64,000 bases of DNA from an uncultured Anaerolineales bacterium (GCA_965195195.1 CBDAFF010000039.1:137188-201187); one strand, 5' to 3'. Shown: positions 9,893 to 18,924, counted from the first letter of the stretch. A program made the numbers and translations. The notes: a model not told the origin generated them from the sequence alone.

Positions 9893-10666
9893 ATGAATAC
9901 GAAAGATTCTATGGCTAAGGTTGAGGTTAATAACCTTGACTTTTTCTACGGGTCGGTCAAGGCTTTGAGCGAGATAACGCTCAAGATCGAAGAGAAGGAA
10001 ATCACGGCTCTGATCGGTCCCTCCGGGTGTGGAAAATCGACATTCCTACGCTGCCTGAATCGAATGAATGACACGATCCCCGGAATTCGTATCGAGGGCG
10101 ATGTTCTCCTGGACGGTGTCGATATCTACAAGACCGATCTCGACCCGGTGGATATCCGCCAGCGGGTTGGCATGGTGTTTCAAAAACCAAACCCTTTCCC
10201 GCAATCGGTTTACGCTAACGTCGCCTTTGGACCCCGAGTGCTGGGCTTGACCCGAAACCGGGTTGAAGAAGAGGAGATTGTTGAAAGATCTCTAAGGCAG
10301 GCGGCGCTGTGGGATCTGATAAAAGATCGCCTTGATCTGGATGCACTAGGATTATCTTTGGGAGAACAGCAGCGGCTTTGTATTGCCAGAGTGCTTGCAG
10401 TTGGTCCCGAAGTTATTTTGATGGATGAACCCACCTCTGCATTAGACCCAATCGCCACGATGGAAATAGAGAACCTGATGGCTGAGTTGAGGGAGTTTTA
10501 CACCATCGTGGTCGTAACGCATAACATGCAGCAAGCTGCACGGGTGTCAGCGAAAACAGGGCTATTCTGGCTCGGCGAATTGGTGGAATTTGATGATACC
10601 GAAAAGATCTTCACACGTCCAAAAGAGGAACGGACGGAAGCCTATGTCACCGGCCGGGTAGGGTGA
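9893..10666 (+). CDS. pstB: Phosphate ABC transporter ATP-binding protein (PstB paralog 2), transcribed divergently with phoU
   Basis: Near-canonical PstB: FYYG-type FFYGSVKAL, Walker [11 protein letters not shown]-loop [12 protein letters not shown], Walker [13 protein letters not shown] and H-loop VTHNMQQA. The ABC signature, however, reads LSLGEQQR instead of LSGGQQQR. The start is chosen at Met16 of the track ORF. Confidence 0.9.
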   Translation: MNTKDSMAKVEVNNLDFFYGSVKALSEITLKIEEKEITALIGPSGCGKSTFLRCLNRMNDTIPGIRIEGDVLLDGVDIYKTDLDPVDIRQRVGMVFQKPNPFPQSVYANVAFGPRVLGLTRNRVEEEEIVERSLRQAALWDLIKDRLDLDALGLSLGEQQRLCIARVLAVGPEVILMDEPTSALDPIATMEIENLMAELREFYTIVVVTHNMQQAARVSAKTGLFWLGELVEFDDTEKIFTRPKEERTEAYVTGRVG

Positions 10667-10682
10667 GTTTCGAAGGGAGGTC

Positions 10683-11351
10683 GTGATGCCGAAGCGCACG
10701 AGAGCGAGATACGATCAAAACTACGCTGCGATCGAAGATGACATCTTGAAGATGGGATCGTTCGTTCAGGATGCTATCCGCAACTCACTTGAAAGCCTTA
10801 AACAGCGTGATACGAATCTGGCGCAAGAGGTGATCGACCGCGATCTAAGGATCAATGATCTTCGTTTCAAAATCGAAGAAGCTTGCCTAACACTCATCGC
10901 CACGCAGCAGCCAACTGCCGGCGACCTTCGCGCAGTCGTAGCGGCGATGAATATTGTGGTGGACATGGAGCGCATGGCAGACCACGCTTCCGGGATCGCA
11001 AAAACGGTGATACGCATGGGCGATGAGCCTCTGCTTAAACCACTCATCGACCTGCCCAGGATGGCAGATTTGGCGCGAGAGATGTTGAGTGATGCTTTAG
11101 ACGCCTTTATTAAACGCGATGCGCCCGCGGCTAAAGCGATCGCGCCGCACGATGAGGAAATGGACCTGCTCTATAAAGCTATCTTCGATGAATTAGTGGG
11201 AATCATGGCGCACAAACCGGACAGCGTTGAGAGAGCTACCTACCTGCTATGGTGCGCACATAATCTTGAGCGAATCGGCGACAGGGTGATCAACATCGTC
11301 GAGCGTGTGATTTTCATGACGACGGGCGATATGAGAGAGTTAACTTTTTAG
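10683..11351 (+). CDS. phoU: Phosphate signalling complex protein PhoU
   Basis: Two PhoU repeats with metal-site-type motifs (MERMADHASGIA and LERIGDRVINIVE), directly after pstB. Confidence 0.9.
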   Translation: MMPKRTRARYDQNYAAIEDDILKMGSFVQDAIRNSLESLKQRDTNLAQEVIDRDLRINDLRFKIEEACLTLIATQQPTAGDLRAVVAAMNIVVDMERMADHASGIAKTVIRMGDEPLLKPLIDLPRMADLAREMLSDALDAFIKRDAPAAKAIAPHDEEMDLLYKAIFDELVGIMAHKPDSVERATYLLWCAHNLERIGDRVINIVERVIFMTTGDMRELTF

Positions 11352-11484
11352 AATTACCAAGAGCATCAACGTCGCATCCTCTTTTTTTCACAGATCCCGC
11401 CTCCTGCAAGCTCAACACCTGCGGGAGGCAGCACCGCAGAGACGCAGCATACTGCGTCTCTACATAGAGGGCATAGGATGGGGC

Positions 11485-11515
11485 GGCTCCTATCGAGGAG
11501 CCTATTATTTGTTAT
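11485..11515 (+). terminator. Intrinsic terminator after phoU
   Basis: GGCTCCT-atcg-AGGAGCC followed by the T-rich tail tattatttgttat. It is the third of three consecutive hairpins between 11399 and 11515. Confidence 0.6.
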
Positions 11516-11649
11516 CTTGCTTATCAAAAATTCATCCGGCGGCAGGATAAAACTCCGTGAATCGAGTGATGATTGACCTGATAGATGTGCGTATTCAAGC
11601 ACTCGGGTTGAAAACTATCGTATAATCGTATTGTCAATTGAATAGATAG

Positions 11650-11771
11650 CCTTTGGGGCAGGGTGAGGGCTTGAAGCCCAATTCCCGATCGGCGGTACAG
11701 CCCGCAAGCGTTCCACACGCATGATTCGGTGAGACTCCGAAGCCGACGGTATAGTCCGGATGGGAGAAGGC
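11650..11771 (+). promoter_or_regulatory. FMN riboswitch (RFN element) aptamer
   Basis: The conserved RFN blocks can be read directly: GGGGCAGGGTGA, AATTCCCGATCGGCGGTACAGCCCGCAAGC and GATTCGGTGAGACTCCGAAGCCGACGGTATAGTCCGGATGGGAGAAGG. The closing helix is GCCTTT/GAAGGC. An extra small hairpin (GGGCTTgaAGCCC) sits in one peripheral loop. Confidence 0.9.
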
Positions 11772-11810
11772 AACCCGCGGCGTCACAGCACGCCAAGTTG
11801 AATGTATTTG

Positions 11811-11837
11811 CCCCGAAGATCCAGGTCTTCGGGGTTT
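11811..11837 (+). terminator. Riboswitch expression-platform terminator
   Basis: A perfect 9-bp GC-rich stem, CCCCGAAGA-tccagg-TCTTCGGGG, followed by TTT. It lies 40 nt after the aptamer and before the first plausible start codon of the permease. Confidence 0.6.
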
Positions 11838-11906
11838 GAATATATTCATAAACGTGCTGTGGAAGCTCATCCCATGCCCCAAATCCTGGGGCTTCTGTAT
11901 TTTTGG

Positions 11907-12734
11907 ATGATGGAATCGAAGAAATCTGTACAAGCTCATCAAACCTCGAAAAAGGCAAGAGGATACCGTCATAATTGGCATTTATTGATGATCCCTATTG
12001 CCATTAGCTTCGCCTTGCTGCTTTGGGAATCAGCGAGTCGTTGGAGCGGTTTGCCGGCTTTCATCCTCCCATCGCCCGCAGCTGTATTCAATCGCACCGT
12101 GCGGGCGATCCAGGACGGAACATTAATCCGCCATACGCTGGCGACGCTCATTGAAGTTCTTGGGGGATTAATTCTTGGCACGATCTCTGCCATTATCTTA
12201 GGCTACGGCCTGGCGAAATCGAGGACCGTTGAAAGGTTTCTCTCCCCGTATATCGTTGCCTCACAATCCATTCCAATCGTCGCTATCGCACCACTTCTTG
12301 TCATCTGGTTTGGCCCCGGCCAGCTCTCAAAGATCATGATCAGCGCATTAATCGTCTTCTTCCCAATCTTGATAAATACCATCGTGGGGATTCGATCAGT
12401 CCCTGAGGATCTCCGCGACCTGATGCGATCCCTGCGGGCAACACGCTGGCAGGTTTTCAGCCGGCTTGAGGTTCCGGCGGCGATGCCCGTTTTGCTGGGG
12501 GGGTTGAAAGTTGGGGCAACGCTGTCCGTCATTGGCGCTGTGGTTGGTGAACTTGTGGGTGCAAATGAAGGTCTTGGATTTTTAATTAATATCGGTCGTG
12601 GGGTCTACGACACGACACTGGTTTATACCGCCGTCATCGCGCTGGTCGCTTTAGCGATGACCTTGTTCAGCCTGGTGGTCCTGCTTGAGCGGCATCTTCT
12701 CGCCTGGCGGGACACAGGTGAACCAAAATTGTGA
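11907..12734 (+). CDS. ABC transporter permease, NitT/TauT (ThiX-like) family; candidate riboflavin importer permease (RibX-like)
   Basis: A six-TM BPD_transp_1-type permease (block SLRATRWQVFSRLEVPAAMP). The 5' part of the track ORF (from 11802) overlaps the riboswitch terminator, so the start is moved to the ATGATG at 11907. The exact start remains uncertain. Confidence 0.8.
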   Translation: MMESKKSVQAHQTSKKARGYRHNWHLLMIPIAISFALLLWESASRWSGLPAFILPSPAAVFNRTVRAIQDGTLIRHTLATLIEVLGGLILGTISAIILGYGLAKSRTVERFLSPYIVASQSIPIVAIAPLLVIWFGPGQLSKIMISALIVFFPILINTIVGIRSVPEDLRDLMRSLRATRWQVFSRLEVPAAMPVLLGGLKVGATLSVIGAVVGELVGANEGLGFLINIGRGVYDTTLVYTAVIALVALAMTLFSLVVLLERHLLAWRDTGEPKL

Positions 12735-13735
12735 GGTTGTCCATGAAAATTAATAAAACCATCCCAATAACGGTGATGAGTGTGCTGTTGGTTGTCAGCG
12801 CAGCTTGTGCTAACTCGCAGAGCCCACAAACACAAGCCTCCAGCCTTGATCACGTCAATGTCACAACGGGTTTCCGTCCAGATATCCAATTCTCGCCGTT
12901 GTATGTGATGATTGAGGAGGGGTTTGCGGAAGAGGAGGGGATCGAAATCGAAATAACACATCTTCCGGAAACGGAGGCCGTCCAGCTTGTCGGTGTCGAT
13001 GAACTTCAGTTTGCCATCGTCTCTGGCGAACAGGTCCTTCTAGCGCGCGCCCAGGGGCTTCCCGTTGTTTATGTCATGGCCTGGTGGCAGGATTACCCCG
13101 TCGCCGTTGCGGCCCAAACGGGCAGTGGCATTGTCACGCCTTCAGATTTGGAGGGGAAACGGATCGGCATCCCCGGCTTATATGGCGCTTCATATATCGG
13201 TTTCCGTGCGTTGCTCACTTCAGGAAATCTTACAGAAGATGACGTGCAATTAGATGTGATTGGCTATACCCAGGTCGAGGCACTAAGCCAGGGCATGGAA
13301 GATGCGGTTGTTGTTTACGCCAATAATGAGCCCATCCAATTGGCGAAGTTAGGGTTCCCCGTAGACGTGATCCGGGTTGCGGACTATGTTCATCTCGCTT
13401 CAAATGGGCTGATCACCAATGAAAAGACCTTGAGGGAGAACCCCGACTTGGTCAGGCGCATGGTTGCAGCATTCAGCAAAGGTGTGGCGGCGACAATAGA
13501 GGATCCGGAATACGCTCTTGAGGTGTCCAAGCTTTACGTCGATGGTCTCGATGCGGCTGATCAATCCGTACAACTCGGAATTCTTGAGACTAGCATCGAG
13601 TTCTGGAAGAGCGAGAACTTGGGGTACTCAGATAAAAGCGCGTGGGAAAACATGCAGCAGGTTCTCCTCGACATGGGGCTATTAGAGACGCCGTTGGATC
13701 TTGGACAGGCTTATACAAATGAGTATGTGGAATAG
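12731..13735 (+). CDS. ABC transporter substrate-binding lipoprotein, NMT1/THI5/ThiY-like; candidate riboflavin-binding component (RibY-like)
   Basis: Signal peptide plus lipobox (VVSAAC), and a length and sequence character typical of NMT1-like SBPs. It is translationally coupled to the permease. Assigning the ligand from the upstream FMN riboswitch is an inference. Confidence 0.75.
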   Translation: MRLSMKINKTIPITVMSVLLVVSAACANSQSPQTQASSLDHVNVTTGFRPDIQFSPLYVMIEEGFAEEEGIEIEITHLPETEAVQLVGVDELQFAIVSGEQVLLARAQGLPVVYVMAWWQDYPVAVAAQTGSGIVTPSDLEGKRIGIPGLYGASYIGFRALLTSGNLTEDDVQLDVIGYTQVEALSQGMEDAVVVYANNEPIQLAKLGFPVDVIRVADYVHLASNGLITNEKTLRENPDLVRRMVAAFSKGVAATIEDPEYALEVSKLYVDGLDAADQSVQLGILETSIEFWKSENLGYSDKSAWENMQQVLLDMGLLETPLDLGQAYTNEYVE

Positions 13736-14509
13736 ATGAATCCCACTCAAGATCTCCTGCGAGCAGACAACATATCCCTGACCTTTCCCAACGGGAACGG
13801 TGGTCTGCACGTACTGGATTCGATCTCTCTCGAGGTCTCACCTGACGAGTTCGTCTGCATCGTTGGACCTTCGGGATGTGGGAAAACTTCGCTGCTGCGT
13901 ATCCTCGCGGGCTTACTTGAGCCAAGCTCAGGTCAGGTGGTTTTTAGCGGCGAACGGCTGGCGAGACCTCAGAGGCGCATCGGTTTTGTATTCCAGCAGG
14001 CAAATCTAATGCCCTGGCGGACGGCGCATAACAATATTTGTCTCCCGCTGGAGCTGGCGGGGTTTGCCAGAGAAGAAAAGCAGGATCGAGCCCGCTCACT
14101 GATCGAACTTATGGGACTGCAGGGGTTCGAAGAAATGTATCCGTGTGATCTCTCCGGAGGGATGGCTCAACGCGTAGCTATCGGCCGTGCCTTAGTACAC
14201 GAACCAGATGTGCTTCTTCTTGATGAACCTTTCGGTTCTCTAGATGCACTGACACGCGAGAGAATGGGGGAGGAACTCCTGCGAATTTGGAAGGCCCATC
14301 GCGGCACGCTGCTCATGGTCACGCATTCGATTCCCGAAGCAGTGTTGCTTGCAGATCGCGTGATTGTCCTTAGTGAGCGGCCCGCGCGCGTAGTCTTAAA
14401 CCTTGAAATTCCGATCCCTCGACCTCGCTCGATTGACCTCACTTACACCGAGGAGTTTGGCTCCCTGGCGGCGCAAGTCCGGGGGGCGATCAGAGTAAAC
14501 GTGGAATGA
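13736..14509 (+). CDS. ABC transporter ATP-binding protein (NitT/TauT family)
   Basis: Walker A GPSGCGKTS, signature LSGGMAQR, Walker B LLLDEPFGSLD, H-loop VTHS. Confidence 0.9.
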   Translation: MNPTQDLLRADNISLTFPNGNGGLHVLDSISLEVSPDEFVCIVGPSGCGKTSLLRILAGLLEPSSGQVVFSGERLARPQRRIGFVFQQANLMPWRTAHNNICLPLELAGFAREEKQDRARSLIELMGLQGFEEMYPCDLSGGMAQRVAIGRALVHEPDVLLLDEPFGSLDALTRERMGEELLRIWKAHRGTLLMVTHSIPEAVLLADRVIVLSERPARVVLNLEIPIPRPRSIDLTYTEEFGSLAAQVRGAIRVNVE

Positions 14510-14717
14510 GGGAGGCGGGGCTTACCTACGTGTCAGCCCTGAGAGAGGTTGGAAGAAGCGTATTTGGGAATTCGATCTGTTTTATACCTAAGCGCACAGT
14601 TAAGGATTAGACGCTAAGGATCCAGCACACTGATCTTTCTAACTCAGATACAGTGCAGGGGCTATCAAAATATCTTTTAGACAGCCCCCGCTGTTGTCAA
14701 TCGAGTTTAAGACAGGA

Positions 14718-15629
14718 TCAGTTTTCCGATTCGGGGGTTACCTTTCGTACACGCCGCCGAATGATTACCCAACGGATCACCCAGAATGGGATAGAGAGAA
14801 GCAGAAGCACCGGAAGTATGAAGATCACGAACCAGATCGTAGCATTGGCGAGGAATTGTAATGCACTGATCAGGGATTGCAGGGCTTCTTTTGCTGTTCC
14901 CTGAGGCTGCCATCGCCCGATTTGCAGAGGTTGGGATACGACGTCCGGCAGGAGTTCGACGCTGATTGCCGAGAGGCGAGCGGATTGTTCGAAATACTGC
15001 ATACGACCTTTAATGATTTCGATCTCCTGTCTCACCTGGCGCAGATTCTCGTAAACGCGCAGCACGTCTTCTGCCTTGGTCAGAGACCCCATAATTTCGC
15101 GTAGATCTTCCTCGGCTGCTTCGAGATTGCGCAGCTGAGATTCCAAGTCTGTGTACTCCTGGGTGACATCCTGTCCGCTGATATTCTCTGAGCGGACTTC
15201 AACTGTGCCTTCCTTGATTTTATCGAGCGCTTCATTCAAGCGCTCCGCAGGGACGCGGATTGTTGTTGATGCGTGCGTTGCGCTTAAGCCATCCCCGTAT
15301 GTTGATTGATAGACGTTGAGCGAGACGACATAGCCGCCCATTTGCTCGGCAAGTTGGTTAATCGCTGATGCAGATGCGGATGGGTCTTCTACGACGATGA
15401 CGAGATTGGCGTTGCGAATTACAAGCCGCTCAATGGTTGCAGGTTGGTGCGCTGTATTGGCGTCGAATTCTCCCCCGTAGGAATCTTCCATCTCGACGAA
15501 GCTTTCGACCGCTGCACGTTCGAGGGTAATTCCATCATAGGCAGGAGCTTGTGCCAAGCTTCTGGCGCCGCAGGCAGCCAGGGAAATCCCTAGCAACCCA
15601 AGGACGATGAACAAGTATCTTTTCTTCAT
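14718..15629 (-). CDS. DUF4349-like lipoprotein with coiled-coil region and C-terminal TM helices
   Basis: Lipoprotein signal MKKRYLFIVLGLLGISLAAC, a central coiled-coil-like segment (LESQLRNLEAAEEDLREI) and two C-terminal hydrophobic helices. The architecture matches what I recall of DUF4349. Confidence 0.6.
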   Translation of the reverse strand: MKKRYLFIVLGLLGISLAACGARSLAQAPAYDGITLERAAVESFVEMEDSYGGEFDANTAHQPATIERLVIRNANLVIVVEDPSASASAINQLAEQMGGYVVSLNVYQSTYGDGLSATHASTTIRVPAERLNEALDKIKEGTVEVRSENISGQDVTQEYTDLESQLRNLEAAEEDLREIMGSLTKAEDVLRVYENLRQVRQEIEIIKGRMQYFEQSARLSAISVELLPDVVSQPLQIGRWQPQGTAKEALQSLISALQFLANATIWFVIFILPVLLLLSIPFWVIRWVIIRRRVRKVTPESEN

Positions 15630-15702
15630 TGTGAATTCCTCCCATTATTGGTGCAGAATTGTGTCAACTCTAAGACGTAGAGAGGAGCTTTGGGGTTCCC
15701 GG

Positions 15703-16431
15703 TTACCAGCCTGCGTCCAAGCGAATGGATTGACGCTCTGGTAAACCAGCTTTGAGGATGCGCGATTGCACGGCTTTTATGTTATAGACGCTTCGTCTCA
15801 TCTCCCAGGTCATATTTTCTGTGTCCAGAATAGCGTAGGATGCGCGAGGGTCTCCGTCTCGGGGTTGGCCAACCGAGCCGGGGTTAAGGATCATCTTTGG
15901 CGAAAGAGCCATGATCTCTCCCCATGGGATTGGACGCACCATGGCGAAAGAATCATCAAAAGGCCTGTGGAAGATCAATGGCAGGTGGGAATGACCAACG
16001 ATTGCGTAGTCCTTTTCAAGCTCGTCAAAGTTACGGTCGGCCGATGTTGGATCGAGGATATATTCCCAGACCGGTTGGTTGGGACTGCCGTGGGCAAGCG
16101 TAAACCCCTCTACCTGAATCTTGCTGGGGAGGGTCTGTAGGAATGCCTTACTCTCATCCTTTAACTCTCTTTGTGTCCAAGCGACAACTTCCCCCGCGTC
16201 TCGATTGAAACGTGAAAGCGGTATCTCGCCGATAGCAGCTTTGTCATGGTTGCCGATCAGACAGAGGAGTTCTGGAAGTTTTTGCACTCGTTCGATGCAC
16301 TCGTTGGGATCAGGGCCATAACCAACCAGGTCGCCCAGGCACCAAACAGCGTCATAGGGAGGAGCATCGTCGATGATTGCGTCTAACGCGGTGATGTTTG
16401 CGTGGATGTCAGAAATTACGAGAACGCGCAT
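15703..16431 (-). CDS. Metallophosphoesterase (YfcE/MJ0936-like calcineurin-fold phosphatase)
   Basis: Motifs ISDIHAN, GDLVGYGPDP, GNHD and GHSH. Confidence 0.85.
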   Translation of the reverse strand: MRVLVISDIHANITALDAIIDDAPPYDAVWCLGDLVGYGPDPNECIERVQKLPELLCLIGNHDKAAIGEIPLSRFNRDAGEVVAWTQRELKDESKAFLQTLPSKIQVEGFTLAHGSPNQPVWEYILDPTSADRNFDELEKDYAIVGHSHLPLIFHRPFDDSFAMVRPIPWGEIMALSPKMILNPGSVGQPRDGDPRASYAILDTENMTWEMRRSVYNIKAVQSRILKAGLPERQSIRLDAGW

Positions 16432-16533
16432 GCATGTGATGGTAGCATGGAGAGAGAATGAAGGGAAGAGTAGAATGTCCTTGAAACCGTGCTTGTTGGG
16501 TCTTATTCGCTAGCGTATAATCGCGAACTTAAG

Positions 16534-17031
16534 ATGCCAATTCTAGAAGGGCAAAGTCTCGACTTCCAAAGTCATAGCCCGGAACAAACGATTCGAATCG
16601 GGGTTCGTCTTGGCGAGTTGTTGGAACTTTCCGATTTGATTTGTTTAGCCGGCGATTTAGGTTCCGGTAAAACAACACTCGCACAAGGGATCGCGCGGGG
16701 CTGGGGATCTCTCGACGTTGTCACAAGCCCATCCTTCATTCTCGTAAACCAATACCGGCGCGCGGACCAGCAGATTCTCTACCATGTGGATGCCTTCCGC
16801 ATGGCTGGTGTCGACGATGCCTACATAATTGGATTGCATGAACTCATCGAGGATAAGGCTCCCATCCTGTTGGAATGGCCTGAGCGGATTGCAGAAATGC
16901 TGCCGCCAGAGCGATTGTGGATTACACTGCGCTGGGTGGATGAGCTTCACCGCGGTATGCAGGTCACTGCACACGGCGTACATTATGAGCGGAAGTTGAA
17001 CCAGTTCCGCCGATCGGCTTTTGGGGGCTGA
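16534..17031 (+). CDS. tsaE: tRNA t6A37 biosynthesis ATPase TsaE (YjeE)
   Basis: P-loop GDLGSGKTTLAQGIARG, with a size and context (upstream of tsaB-rimI) typical for TsaE. The start is taken at the internal ATG (MPILEGQ). Confidence 0.85.
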   Translation: MPILEGQSLDFQSHSPEQTIRIGVRLGELLELSDLICLAGDLGSGKTTLAQGIARGWGSLDVVTSPSFILVNQYRRADQQILYHVDAFRMAGVDDAYIIGLHELIEDKAPILLEWPERIAEMLPPERLWITLRWVDELHRGMQVTAHGVHYERKLNQFRRSAFGG

Positions 17032-17033
17032 TT

Positions 17034-17684
17034 ATGCTGTTAGCAATTGATACATCTACGAAAATGATGGGTATCGCCCTCCATGGAGGAGACCGGGTTA
17101 TCGCGGAGTGCGTTTGGGAGGGTGAGGGACATCATACCGTCGAACTCGCCCCGGAAATTGCACTCATCATGCGCAGAGTTGGAGAGCCGATATCATCTAT
17201 CGAAGCCATTGGCGTGGCGATTGGCCCAGGATCCTTTACGGGATTGCGGATCGGTTTGGCACTTGCGAATGGGCTTTCTCTTGCACGCGGTCTGCCCACG
17301 GTCGGTATCTCAACGATGGACATTCTAGCTCTCGCTCAACCGAAGCGAACAGAGCCGATGTTTGTAGCTGTGAGAGCGGGGCGCAAGCGAATCGCGGGTT
17401 TGTGGTACAAATGGACCCGTGGAGGATGGAAATCGCAGGGTGAGCCGGATGTGCTCACCTGGGATGAACTCAAAGAATCATTGGAGGATCAAGCATATAT
17501 CTGTGCAGATATGGACAACCAGACGCGGACGTTGTTCCGCGGTATGCCGGGTGTAGCACTAGCCCCTCCTTCGCAGTGCGTTCGTCGACCAGGATTTCTA
17601 GCCGAGCTAGCCTGGAAGCGGTTGAAATCCCGTAAGAAGGGGTCGGTGGGCGGGCTCTCCCCAATCTATCTGAAGCCGGTATGA
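17034..17684 (+). CDS. tsaB: tRNA t6A37 biosynthesis protein TsaB (YeaZ)
   Basis: N-terminal LLAIDTST motif and GPGSFTGLRIG, both characteristic of TsaB/YeaZ. Confidence 0.85.
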   Translation: MLLAIDTSTKMMGIALHGGDRVIAECVWEGEGHHTVELAPEIALIMRRVGEPISSIEAIGVAIGPGSFTGLRIGLALANGLSLARGLPTVGISTMDILALAQPKRTEPMFVAVRAGRKRIAGLWYKWTRGGWKSQGEPDVLTWDELKESLEDQAYICADMDNQTRTLFRGMPGVALAPPSQCVRRPGFLAELAWKRLKSRKKGSVGGLSPIYLKPV

Positions 17685-18199
17685 TGGATATCACTCAGGT
17701 ATTTGAACGTATCAGCCTTCACATTCGACCCATGTGTCCAGTGGACGTGGAACGAGTCGTTCAGATCGATAGACTTTCGTTTTCACTCCCATGGTCAGAG
17801 AGAACTTACCACCTTGAGTTAACCGAGAACTCGGCCGCGCATCTTTTCGTCGCCGAATTGGAAGATCAACTCAAACAGCCTATCGTAGGGTATGTTGGTT
17901 TCTGGTTCCTTGTAGATGAGGCACATATAAGCACGCTCGCTGTGCACCCGGAGTATAGGCAGCTGGGTATTGGAAGTAAGTTATTAGAAGAAGCTTTAAT
18001 AGAAGCTTTGCGCCTTGGGGCTGATCTCGTCACACTCGAGGTCCGGGAGTCGAATGAAGGACCGATTGATCTGTATGAGAAATTCGGTTTCCAGGTCAAA
18101 GCACGAAAGGCGCGGTATTATCGGGACAATCACGAGGATGCACTATTGATGATTCTCAAGGATTTGCCAGGATGGCGGGAAAAGAGTCTGGAGGGATAG
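17681..18199 (+). CDS. rimI: Ribosomal-protein-alanine N-acetyltransferase (GNAT)
   Basis: GNAT acetyl-CoA motif RQLGIGSKLLE. It overlaps tsaB by 4 nt, giving the conserved tsaE-tsaB-rimI order. Confidence 0.8.
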   Translation: MMDITQVFERISLHIRPMCPVDVERVVQIDRLSFSLPWSERTYHLELTENSAAHLFVAELEDQLKQPIVGYVGFWFLVDEAHISTLAVHPEYRQLGIGSKLLEEALIEALRLGADLVTLEVRESNEGPIDLYEKFGFQVKARKARYYRDNHEDALLMILKDLPGWREKSLEG

Positions 18200-18200
18200 A

Positions 18201-18818
18201 GTGGGAGCGGCTGAAAAACTAAAAGCAATTGCGCAGGAAATTGAGATCTGTACTGATTGCAAACTCCATACTTCACGAAAGAAATCAGTGCCGGGTGAAG
18301 GACCGGCCAATTCTGATTTGATGTTTATCGGTGAGGGACCGGGATTTCACGAGAACGAACAAGGAAAGCCTTTTGTGGGAGCTGCAGGTCGGTTCCTTGA
18401 GGATTTGCTGGCCAGCATTGATCTTAAACGGGAGGATGTGTTTATTGGCAATGTTGTAAAATGCCGGCCACCCAGCAACCGCGATCCCCAGCCGGAGGAG
18501 ATCGAAGCATGTGGGAAATACCTCGAACGTCAGATCGAGGCCATCGACCCAAAGGTGATTGTCACTCTTGGGCGATTCTCGATGGCTGGATACTTCCCAG
18601 ATACTCGTATCAGCAAGATCCATGGACAAGCGAAGGAGATCGATGGAAGATTGATCGTCCCGATGTATCATCCTGCAGCGGCTTTGCATCAGCCGTCACT
18701 CAGAAAAGTAATCGAGGCGGATTTTTCCATGCTTCCTGCACTCATCGAAAAAGGAGCTTCCACCTCCCAGCCGGATCAGCCAATTCCGGTGGATCCTGAG
18801 CAGCTCGAGCTTTTTTGA
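18201..18818 (+). CDS. Family 4 uracil-DNA glycosylase (Fe-S type)
   Basis: An N-terminal Cys cluster (CTDCKLH), then GEGPG, FVGAAG and the C-terminal HPAAAL motif. Confidence 0.85.
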   Translation: MGAAEKLKAIAQEIEICTDCKLHTSRKKSVPGEGPANSDLMFIGEGPGFHENEQGKPFVGAAGRFLEDLLASIDLKREDVFIGNVVKCRPPSNRDPQPEEIEACGKYLERQIEAIDPKVIVTLGRFSMAGYFPDTRISKIHGQAKEIDGRLIVPMYHPAAALHQPSLRKVIEADFSMLPALIEKGASTSQPDQPIPVDPEQLELF

Positions 18819-18924
18819 TTTTGCCGCTATTTTGGAGAAAGCAGGTTGAGCCTGTGCCCCGAGGCGGATCATCGGACCTCCAAAGACTTCAATGTAAGAA
18901 CTCAATCTGGAGTTTGATACCAAT

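Noticed and set aside
11608-11626. A possible promoter for the riboswitch transcript: TTGAAA (11608-11613) and TATAAT (11621-11626).
   Set aside because: The two hexamers are only 7 nt apart, so they cannot form one sigma-70 promoter. TATAAT alone may be a -10 element, about 24 nt upstream of the aptamer, but no suitable -35 lies at 16-18 nt.
11366-11981. Track ORFs on the minus strand (11366-11602, 11524-11958, 11634-11981) and the 5' 105 nt of the plus ORF starting at 11802.
   Set aside because: They run across the phoU terminators, the FMN riboswitch and its terminator hairpin. The RNA elements explain this region better, and none of the ORFs has recognisable protein features.
14658-14688. 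A hairpin, GGGGCT...AGCCCC, between the convergent ABC ATPase and DUF4349 genes, considered as a terminator.
   Set aside because: The stem is only 6 bp, the loop is 19 nt and there is no U-tract. That is too weak to call.
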